From NCBI GenBank assembly GCA_963765125.1, contig CAVXUZ010000005.1, forward strand, positions 427,441 through 482,252: a stretch of 54,812 bases of DNA, in the 5' to 3' direction. A program made the translations under genes and the position numbers. A model generated the notes under the pieces. It saw only the letters and a list, made by a program, of their open reading frames with translations. It did not search any database and was not told the DNA's origin. Source of the stretch: an uncultured candidate division WWE3 bacterium (lineage in GTDB: Bacteria; Patescibacteriota; WWE3; UBA101185; UBA10185). Below are positions 47,807 through 54,812 of the stretch, piece by piece. Numbering within the stretch: the stretch's first letter is position 1; every line of letters starts with the position of its first letter.

Positions 47807-48157
47807 AAATAGAAAAACCCCCAGTTATATATTTCCTGAGGGTTATTTACAGTACATGTTATCTTACCGACGAGAAAAAGGTTGCCCACCGCTCAAAGTA
47901 CTCAGGTTTCGAAAGATAAAGTCCTACTATTATGCATAATGCGCCGAGGATGGCATTAATCGACACAATAGCTGAAGCCTTGAGTGAATATCCTATATTG
48001 ATAACCCCGAGCCTATCTAATAAATATGCAATTGCAACGCCACCAAGAATGCCTGCACCAAGAAGGTATAATATTTCTCCTAGAGTAGCCATCTCACTCA
48101 CTCCTTTCATTTTGTGATGATTATACAAGTAATATTATATTAAGTCTAACTATAGGG
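47807..48157. repeat. Copy 2 of the duplicated cassette
   Basis: See copy 1. The two copies are direct repeats flanking the EamA gene pair. Confidence 0.8.
47859..48092 (-). CDS. Small membrane protein, paralog B
   Basis: Start at MATLGEILYLL after AAAGGAG. Same length class and hydrophobic pattern as paralog A. Confidence 0.6.
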   Translation of the reverse strand: MATLGEILYLLGAGILGGVAIAYLLDRLGVINIGYSLKASAIVSINAILGALCIIVGLYLSKPEYFERWATFFSSVR

Positions 48158-48187
48158 TGTAATAACGACTGCGGGCTTGCCTCCTGA

Positions 48188-48260
48188 TTCATAACAAAAA
48201 TTCGTGCCAACCCTTTGGGCTTGCGCGAGTCTTCGTTGGTGCGCCCGCACTCGCTTATAG
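48188..48260 (-). repeat. Decayed copy of the tRNA-Glu 3' end plus its terminator (older att-like scar)
   Basis: 48188-48241 aligns to 48890-48941 at roughly four-fifths identity by eye (TTCATAACAAAAA..TCG.GC...GGGC.TGCGCGA.TCTTCGTTGGTG). It continues into a diverged tRNA-end-like TGGTGCGCCCGCACTCG. Confidence 0.55.
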
Positions 48261-48505
48261 CAAACAGCTTGTTGCTCGAGTACCAACAAACTTATGTACT
48301 ATTACATAACAGTGTTCGAAATGATAAAAAAATCAAGACATTCCACTATATCCTATAGTTGATAATCACTGGGTAAAGTGCTATATTCATCTGCGTAATA
48401 GAGACGTTAGGATTATCAATCCAAAATTTGTTTATTACTCATGCTCTTTAATATATAAATATTCTCTCCAAGAGTCTTCAATTCTGATTGAAAGGAAGGT
48501 GTGAA

Positions 48506-48727
48506 ATGACAATGAAAGAACCTGATCAAATCCCTTTTACTTACGAATACAAAAAAAGAATAGCAAGAGAAAAAATAGTCGGGGGAATAATCGCACTTCT
48601 GTTTGCACTAATTTGCTTTAAATCAATGAATTACTTTGCCAACGTTTTAGGCATATTTTTAGCATTTGGCGGCGGAGGCTGTTTTCTTGATGGATTTTTT
48701 AGCTATTTGTTTACAACGAGAGAATAG
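48506..48727 (+). CDS. Small membrane protein
   Basis: Start at MTMKEPDQ after GAAAGGAAGG. Two TM helices. Confidence 0.5.
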   Translation: MTMKEPDQIPFTYEYKKRIAREKIVGGIIALLFALICFKSMNYFANVLGIFLAFGGGGCFLDGFFSYLFTTRE

Positions 48728-48794
48728 GTATATAAAAGTGCTCCTCAGTTAAGAAGCCGTTTTTGGTTTTTTAATTTTGATGGAGCATTTTTTT

Positions 48795-48815
48795 TGGTGA
48801 CCCCTACGGGACTCG
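48795..48815 (-). repeat. Exact 21-nt duplicate of the tRNA-Glu 3' end (att-like direct repeat)
   Basis: TGGTGACCCCTACGGGACTCG is identical to 48937-48957 (tRNA positions ~56-76, including CCA). Confidence 0.8.
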
Positions 48816-48895
48816 GTCACCTGTTTTCGCCTGCTGGCGAAACAGTCGACCCCGGCTCGTCGCCTTCGCTCGGCGCATTCTCGTCTCCCTTCATA

Positions 48896-48928
48896 ACAAA
48901 AAATCGCGCTACCATTCGGGCTGCGCGA
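48896..48928 (-). terminator. Intrinsic terminator after tRNA-Glu
   Basis: TCGCGC/GCGCGA hairpin followed by TTTTTTGT on the minus strand. Confidence 0.7.
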
Positions 48929-48936
48929 ATCTTCGT

Positions 48937-49012
48937 TGGTGACCCCTACGGGACTCGAACCCGTGTTATTGGAATGAGAATCCAACGTCCTAGACCGCTA
49001 GACGAAGGGGCC
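48937..49012 (-). tRNA. tRNA-Glu (anticodon CUC), CCA encoded
   Basis: The reverse complement is GGCCCCTTCGTCTAGCGGTCTAGGACGTTGGATTCTCATTCCAATAACACGGGTTCGAGTCCCGTAGGGGTCACCA. It folds as a cloverleaf with anticodon loop TTCTCAT. Confidence 0.9.
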
Positions 49013-49105
49013 GTGCCTAAGCAATTACGCTCAATAAAGCATAGCCATTTTACCAAATGTCTATTCCAAAGTATAATAATTTTGCGAGAGCACTCGCGAG
49101 TACTT

Positions 49106-49546
49106 ATGTTTAAATTATCACCAACAATTAAAGTAGCCGGTTCATTTATTATAGTCGCGAGTCTTTTTACGATTTCGTATTTTTCTTTTTCTAATTATCA
49201 ACCAAAAGTGCTAAAAGAAATCCGCGAGGTTAAAGGTTATTCTACTGTTAAGAATGATATTTTTGAGTTGCCTACCCCGAGGTATGCGACGAGTCTAGCG
49301 TTTGATCAAACTTTAAATTCGAAGAAGTATACTTTTCAAACTGACCGCTCGCCTTCTGAGGTTTTTAATTTTTATAAGGTGATTTTGGCAGACGACAATT
49401 GGAAGGTTAAAAAAGAAGGTTCGACGAATGATTTTTTTACGGCTGAGTATAGAAAAGAAGATCAAACTATTACTGTGTGGGCTGCCTACAATAAAGACAC
49501 TAAACTAACTTTTGCTAGTGTTGAGATTTTAAAACTTAGAGACTAG
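49106..49546 (+). CDS. Membrane-anchored hypothetical protein
   Basis: Start trimmed to MFKLSPTIKV. The upstream part of the track ORF (48794-49105) reads through the tRNA and its terminator. Confidence 0.6.
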   Translation: MFKLSPTIKVAGSFIIVASLFTISYFSFSNYQPKVLKEIREVKGYSTVKNDIFELPTPRYATSLAFDQTLNSKKYTFQTDRSPSEVFNFYKVILADDNWKVKKEGSTNDFFTAEYRKEDQTITVWAAYNKDTKLTFASVEILKLRD

Positions 49547-50811
49547 TTCTCTTTTGTCCCTACTAAATATATTGCTCTCCATGGTTGGTAGTTTGTTTTG
49601 AATAGGTCGTCGTAGAGTACTTCGCTTCCTCTAGTTACTTTTCTTGTAAATGAAACGTTTGCTCCCCACGCCGCCCAGTCTACTTGTTTTGTGATTCCTT
49701 TTTCTAATGTTGGGTCGTCTTGATAGCGCGCTTCGAGAGGTGCTGATTCTGATGATATGACCGGTTCGCTAATTTCTACTTTTCTCCCGTCGGGTGTTCC
49801 GTAAATTTTAAATTCCAAAGAATCTTCGTCTAAGTTCCACGAGGCTTGAATTAAAATGTAGTTTGGTGTGTCGTTTTTAAATTGAAAATCAAGTGTGGGT
49901 TGGTAAACAGATGCGTCGATGCCTATCGGGCTTTCGAGTTCATAATAACGTACGCGGTAAGCGTGCGGGTGCCTGGTAACAATTGGTAAACCTGAGTTGA
50001 GCGCTGCTCTAAACATTGTGGTCGAAGTTTGGCAAACACCACCTCCGTCGCCTAAAACTGTACGGTTACCGACGATGACATAAGCTGAGTTGTACCCTGT
50101 GGCACCGCTAATTTCGCCGACTGATTCGTTAAATGAGTAGACCCCACCCGGTGGTACGATTACGCCGTCGGTGCGCTCGGCGGCTAATGTAAGGTTGTGT
50201 ATTCTACCCGCTGCGGAACCCGAAAATTTTGAGTGCCCTTCACCAAGCAAAGCAAAAATACCGTACTCTTTAGGATCAACTGGACCTGAAATTTTATCTA
50301 CTTTTATTTCGGCTTTTCCTGTTCTTTCAAGTAGTGCTTTTTTAAACGCTTCGGCTGACTGGTCAACGTTTATTTCGATACCGTCTTGTTTGAGTTCAAA
50401 ACCTAAAACTTTGTTGCCTTCTAAAGCGGTGACTTTACCACGCGGTAATTTATTTACTTCGCTGGCGATGCTGTCTAAAAATACGCGGTAAGCAACTTTA
50501 TTAAAACCAAGTTTTTGCTCTTCGAGGTCATACATTAAAAATTCTAATTTTTGCTCGTTTGTTAATTTCCATTCTTTTTTTTCATAAACGACGCTTAAAG
50601 GTGCAAAAACTGATTTTTCTGCGTCCGCTTTATCTTTTTGTAATTGAATAGAATTTATTTTTGGTTCACTAGATTTAACCTCGAGAGTTTTTGTACCAAA
50701 TGTAAAAGTATCAAATGATTTTATTAAATCTGTGTAGAGTCTTTTATCGTCGATAACTTGACCGTATTTTTCTGAAACGAGTTCTAAGCTCTTTTGTACT
50801 TTTAATAACAT
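49543..50811 (-). CDS. VanW-family protein, C-terminal portion
   Basis: Has the VanW core GGGVCQTSTTMFRAALNSGLPIVTRHPHAYRVRYYE. Confidence 0.8.
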   Translation of the reverse strand: MLLKVQKSLELVSEKYGQVIDDKRLYTDLIKSFDTFTFGTKTLEVKSSEPKINSIQLQKDKADAEKSVFAPLSVVYEKKEWKLTNEQKLEFLMYDLEEQKLGFNKVAYRVFLDSIASEVNKLPRGKVTALEGNKVLGFELKQDGIEINVDQSAEAFKKALLERTGKAEIKVDKISGPVDPKEYGIFALLGEGHSKFSGSAAGRIHNLTLAAERTDGVIVPPGGVYSFNESVGEISGATGYNSAYVIVGNRTVLGDGGGVCQTSTTMFRAALNSGLPIVTRHPHAYRVRYYELESPIGIDASVYQPTLDFQFKNDTPNYILIQASWNLDEDSLEFKIYGTPDGRKVEISEPVISSESAPLEARYQDDPTLEKGITKQVDWAAWGANVSFTRKVTRGSEVLYDDLFKTNYQPWRAIYLVGTKEN

Positions 50812-51346
50812 ATTTTGCGTCTTCTGCTGGCGAGTCTAAGTCACCTTGCACTGTAGCAATAAAGTTTTGCAGTGATTTTTCTTCAAAATCGTAATAAGTC
50901 GGTATGTAGAGTTTTTTGAATAAACCCGCTATTTTGTCCTTTGTATCAATAAATACGTTGCCCGTTCTACCAACCTCAAACGCTCGGTTTACGGTTGCCT
51001 CCCAGTCGTAAATAAGCTCGATATCCTCTGGTTTTAGATCGTACGTTTTACCCGCGTAAGAAACCGTAAGTTTTTTATCTGTGAGGATTTCGTATTCTTT
51101 TAGTTTGCTGACTGCTTGTGAATAAGTTTCGCCGCCAACTTTTACGCCGCCGACAAATACGCCGGGTATAAGTCTTTTTGCGAAATACATATGATAGCCA
51201 GAAATCACCAACAAAAATACTAAAACAATAATGTAGATAATTTTATGTGAAGAAATAAACTCACCAATATGAAGCTTCTCAAATGGGCTTTTTAATTTTT
51301 CGATGTCGATTTTATTAATTAGCTCGTTGATCTTTTTTGGGTTCAT
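50744..51346 (-). CDS. VanW-family N-terminal portion (TM anchor plus PG-binding-like repeat), in a different frame from the downstream part
   Basis: Typical VanW N-terminus (TM helix, then GVKVGGETYSQAVSKLKEY). Overlaps the downstream ORF by 68 nt. Confidence 0.6.
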   Translation of the reverse strand: MNPKKINELINKIDIEKLKSPFEKLHIGEFISSHKIIYIIVLVFLLVISGYHMYFAKRLIPGVFVGGVKVGGETYSQAVSKLKEYEILTDKKLTVSYAGKTYDLKPEDIELIYDWEATVNRAFEVGRTGNVFIDTKDKIAGLFKKLYIPTYYDFEEKSLQNFIATVQGDLDSPAEDAKYVIKSTKELRTRFRKIRSSYRR

Positions 51347-51869
51347 GTGTAGCAGGTTTTGATCTTAACTTAATCAAATAGCGTGCTGGGTTCTTACTCA
51401 TGTCTATCATAGAATCGGCCTCTTCAATTAGTTTGCTTGATGATGTTTTACCAAAAGCGATAATTTCAGTACGCACACCTTGAGAACGGGCAAAGTCGAG
51501 TAAGTCAACATAGTCACCGTCACCCGAAACCAAAACCATCACGTCTATTTTTGGCATCATTCTCACTGCGTCCATACAAAGACCTACATCCCAATCGCCT
51601 TTTTTAGCACCGCCAAGAAAGATTTGTAAATCTTTTAGACGAACTTCGAAACCAATTTTTTCTAAAGCGTCAAAAAAATCTTGCTCGGTTTCAATATCGG
51701 CTTTAATACCGTAGGCAAAGGCTCTTATAAGCTTGCGCTCAACCACGGCGTCTTCTAAAACCTTGGTGTAATTAACTTTAGCGTTATATAAATTTTTAGC
51801 GGAATAATACATATTCTGCACGTCGACAAAAATACCAACTCTTTGTTCTTTATGTTGTGTTGTACTCAT
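51315..51869 (-). CDS. NYN/LabA-like (DUF88) domain protein
   Basis: Has RVGIFVDVQNMYY...LVSGDGDYVDLL...GVRTEIIAF. Confidence 0.8.
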   Translation of the reverse strand: MSTTQHKEQRVGIFVDVQNMYYSAKNLYNAKVNYTKVLEDAVVERKLIRAFAYGIKADIETEQDFFDALEKIGFEVRLKDLQIFLGGAKKGDWDVGLCMDAVRMMPKIDVMVLVSGDGDYVDLLDFARSQGVRTEIIAFGKTSSSKLIEEADSMIDMSKNPARYLIKLRSKPATHEPKKDQRAN

Positions 51870-51936
51870 AGTGTCATTTTAGAGCAAAAGACGCCTAACA
51901 ACAATGCGTGGGTAAGGGTAAAATGGGAATAGAAAA

Positions 51937-53265
51937 ATGTTTAAAAAATTACTCACAACAAATAAAGGTTTTATAATAGTATTCTTTGCAGTTTTTGCCG
52001 GCTACCTAATCAACCTACCAACAGATTATATGGTAAGTTTAAAAACCAGAACGTACCGCAGGCTTCTTACCTCATACGATGTAACAGCAGCAACTTTTAT
52101 GCCTTACGAAATTATTAAAAAAGGCACGCTGTCTTTTTCAAAAGAAACGATTGAGGCAATGAAGCGTGTACAAGACCCAAATGTGTATTCGGTTATAAAG
52201 GTCGGAGAGAAAAATTTTTCGTCGTATCCAATATTAATGGGTGTTATGGCGGTACCAATTTATTTAATCCCAATACTATTAAATAAAATCCCCGAACTGC
52301 ATTATGTCGAAGACCTGCTAAAAATAATCGCGCTGGCTAGAATTACGGCGTCTTTTTATACCGCGCTCGCCGTCGCCTTCTTTTACTTAATAATAAAAGA
52401 GGTAAATAGACTCAAAAACATCAAAATCACCAAACTAGAGCAAATAATACTAATAGCCTTTTATGCCTTTGGTACCAACCTTTACTCCATCGCGAGCAGA
52501 TCACTTTGGCAGCACACATCGTCACTACTGTTTATAACCATAATCATTCTTTTACTAATAAAAAGCCTCAACGACGAAAAATATGTAAAATGGCTCGGTA
52601 CACTCACAGCGCTTCTTTTTATCGCCAGACCACTAAACATCATCTTCGTCGTCATAATTAGTCTTTACGTACTTATCAAACACAAAAAACAATTTCTAAA
52701 CTACATACTCTTTGCCCTACCCTTCGCCCTGCTCTTATTTGCATACAACTACTACGCCTTTGGCAACCCCATCACAAACGAATACATATTTAAAGGAGAC
52801 ACACAATTTTCAACACCGCTCCTCGAAGGACTCGCAGGCAACCTCTTTAGCCCCGCGCGCAGTTTCTTATTCATCACCCCGCCACTTCTACTTGGATACT
52901 TTGGAATAATAAAAACATTTCTCAAAAAGAAAAAAGAACCAATAGACATCATCTTACTTACACTCTCACTCACCTACCTCATCGCACTCATCACCTACTC
53001 AAAATGGTGGTGCTGGTATGGAGCTGACAGGTTTGGTTATGGATTCTTCACCGAGTGGGTACCCATCATCACACTACTAGGCTACACCGCCGTAATCGAA
53101 AAAAAGTCATTGGTACTAAAAATTGCACTCATCCTACTCATCATCTACTCCATCTACGCCCAATCAAACGCCGTCTGGTTCAGAAAAAGCCGCTGCAGTG
53201 GTTTATCCCACAACTGGAGCTTCTACTGCCTCAAACCCGGCATCCTCACCAAACAAGAATACTAG
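51937..53265 (+). CDS. Polytopic membrane protein, GT-C glycosyltransferase-like candidate
   Basis: 442 aa with about 11 TM segments. Family not confidently recognised. Confidence 0.45.
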   Translation: MFKKLLTTNKGFIIVFFAVFAGYLINLPTDYMVSLKTRTYRRLLTSYDVTAATFMPYEIIKKGTLSFSKETIEAMKRVQDPNVYSVIKVGEKNFSSYPILMGVMAVPIYLIPILLNKIPELHYVEDLLKIIALARITASFYTALAVAFFYLIIKEVNRLKNIKITKLEQIILIAFYAFGTNLYSIASRSLWQHTSSLLFITIIILLLIKSLNDEKYVKWLGTLTALLFIARPLNIIFVVIISLYVLIKHKKQFLNYILFALPFALLLFAYNYYAFGNPITNEYIFKGDTQFSTPLLEGLAGNLFSPARSFLFITPPLLLGYFGIIKTFLKKKKEPIDIILLTLSLTYLIALITYSKWWCWYGADRFGYGFFTEWVPIITLLGYTAVIEKKSLVLKIALILLIIYSIYAQSNAVWFRKSRCSGLSHNWSFYCLKPGILTKQEY

Positions 53266-53317
53266 AATAAACTGTCAAAACCACATCAAAATGATAAAAT
53301 AGCAGAGTTTCAAACAT

Positions 53318-53391
53318 TGGGGAATCGTCTAATGGCAGGACGTCGCACTCTGGATGCGAAAATTGGGGTTCAAATCCCTGTTCCCCAGCCA
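53318..53391 (+). tRNA. tRNA-Gln (anticodon CUG), CCA encoded
   Basis: TGGGGAATCGTCTAATGGCAGGACGTCGCACTCTGGATGCGAAAATTGGGGTTCAAATCCCTGTTCCCCAGCCA. Anticodon loop CTCTGGA. Confidence 0.9.
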
Positions 53392-54812
53392 AGAAGAACT
53401 GGCAAGCTGTAAAACCTCACTATTTGTTATCTTCTCAATGTTTATTCCTGGTTCAAACTTATCTAGTACTTCTTGAACTTCATTTTTACCTTTCTCAATT
53501 AAGAACCATGCTTTGCCCCCGTCAATACAGAGTTTTCTATCTTTTATTGTTAAGTTCGAACCAAGAGAGTTTAGTATTGAAACTTTAGTTTTAGAATCTC
53601 CATTTTCAAACCAATATTTTGCGTAACAGGAAAAATCAAACAACTTCGTTGCGGTATCAAACCAATTTTCTTGTCTTGTTCTAGTGGATTCTTTTTGTGC
53701 TAAAAGTAATTCTTTCTCTTCAATTAAAGGTTTTTTCTGTTCTGCTAACTCTTTTGGAGATACCAGATCGTGGTTTGTATTTTGAGGTGAAATATATAGC
53801 TTCATCAGGTTATCTATTCTTTTTTCAACATCACTTAGTGCACCATCAAGATTTTTATTAACGATTTGTCTGTTTGTTACTTCAACATCTGAAAGCTCAT
53901 TTAAATGCGCTATTGCCCAGTCTCTAAGGCGAGGAGAGATTGTAAATTTCTCTATCTCTTTACTAGCAGCTTTTTCTAATTCTGATAATGGTAAGCTACC
54001 TTCAGCACATGACGGGGTAGTTTTCTTTGTACAGCGGTAGTAGACATAGTGGAGGAGTTTTTTATCCTTCATATCCTCTATTAAGGTATTACAATGTGGA
54101 CATGCGTCTCTATCTTGTTTGACAGCGAATTTTGCCTTACAGTTGCCACATATTATTTGCCACTTCTCTTCATAAGTAATACTTCCTCCACATCCCCCAC
54201 AACGTAAAAGTTCTTTATAAATGCCGTCTCTTTTTATATGACTAGATTTTCTGTTATTAGAAAATAATATTTGAAGTTTTTCGAATTCTTCTTTTGTTAT
54301 CATTGGTTTATGATTTCCCCAGCCTTCTTTAGTGACACCTTCAACTTTCCTCTTCATCCATCCAAAATAATAGGGGTCTTGGACTAAACGATAAAAGGCA
54401 CTCTTAGATATTGGTTTACTACCTTGTCTAGCTGTTTTGATTGTCCTATAACCCCATTCATTATTTAGCTTTTCTAAAACCTCCATTCTTGTATAGTTCC
54501 CGCTCAATAACAATTCGAATGCATTTTGGATCAGTATCCATCTTTCTTGATCCGCATCAATATAATTTTCTTTGGTTATTGGATTTTCTGCATTTATATA
54601 ACCAGGCTTAGCAAAACCTCCCCATTGTTTTTGTTGGAAAAACTTTTCCTTGTTACCCCTATGAACTGCATCAGATTTATCATCAGAATCTCTTGTTGCC
54701 TTAGTAAACTCTTGCATTAGGTACTCTTTGTCTCTCCCAGTGTTTTCAAAAACTGAATTTGGAGTTATTACATATTTAAGTAGATTATCAGACATAAGCT
54801 GAACAAATTCTC
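53329..54812 (-). mobile_element. Large serine recombinase (recombinase domain, Zn-ribbon, coiled coil); 5' end probably beyond the right edge
   Basis: Has YYFGWMKRK, the Zn-ribbon RCGGCGGSITYEE...CGNCKAKF...CPHCNT, and a long coiled coil. The frame stays open upstream of the first ATG to the window edge and no catalytic resolvase domain is seen. The last 21 codons overlap tRNA-Gln. Confidence 0.8.

Noticed and set aside
47660-47810. Possible riboswitch upstream of the EamA transporter pair (GGUGAUGGUACA...UGUACC hairpin, vaguely fluoride- or preQ1-like).
   Set aside because: It lacks the defining motifs. There is no CUGAUG...CCUAC (fluoride) and no CCCUC.AUAAAAAACUA (preQ1). It is more simply explained as promoter sequence with a TATAAT box.
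47656-47889. 77-aa minus-strand ORF between the EamA pair and small-protein paralog B.
   Set aside because: It spans the cassette terminator and the promoter region of the EamA operon. It has no SD, and its composition is like an intergenic translation.
48749-49105. A 78-aa minus-strand ORF (48749..48985) and the N-terminal 104 codons of the 250-aa plus-strand ORF (48794..49546).
   Set aside because: Both read through tRNA-Glu, its terminator and the duplicated tRNA end. The G+C-rich RNA and repeat sequence keeps the frames open by chance. The real plus-strand CDS most likely starts at 49106.
1-54812. Looked for CRISPR arrays, rRNA genes, IS elements with inverted repeats, and reverse transcriptase or retron loci.
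   Set aside because: No regularly spaced short repeats, no rRNA signature strings, no transposase-like ORFs and no RT (YxDD) ORF were found by eye. The only mobility gene seen is the serine recombinase at the right edge.

Overview
An AT-rich, gene-dense bacterial window with long uninterrupted ORFs under the standard code. The gene content is Gram-positive-like or CPR/Patescibacteria-like: ymdB-rny-recX-recA synteny, an archaeal-type AspRS, many membrane-anchored ORFans and several GT-C glycosyltransferases. Positions 1-26.6 kb are mostly core genes: dnaJ fragment, hup, ymdB, rny, recX, recA, gltX, a PBP5-like carboxypeptidase, aspS behind a T-box leader, recJ, secDF, pepF, greA, a LysRS-HD fusion and tmk. 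Positions 26.6-27.4 kb are ORF-free and hold two structured RNA candidates, each with its own promoter and terminator, that I cannot identify. Positions 27.4-31.3 kb encode envelope glycan genes. Positions 31.3-48.9 kb look accessory. They contain small GC-rich paralogs beside a thiol-redox pair and an atypical SAM methyltransferase. They also contain a 1233-aa DEAH/RHA helicase with a Zn-ribbon and an S1 tail. Next to it is a translationally coupled three-gene operon: a PD-(D/E)xK nuclease plus two large ORFans. This operon is my best candidate for an undescribed defence-like or toxin-like system. The rest of the accessory stretch holds ORFans, a SET-domain protein, and duplicated small-membrane-protein cassettes flanking two EamA transporters. 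tRNA-Glu (48.9 kb) carries 3'-end duplication scars. tRNA-Gln (53.3 kb) abuts a large serine recombinase that runs off the right edge, which probably marks the start of an integrated element. No CRISPR array or rRNA was seen. All calls come from reading the sequence and ORF translations by eye; no searches were run.
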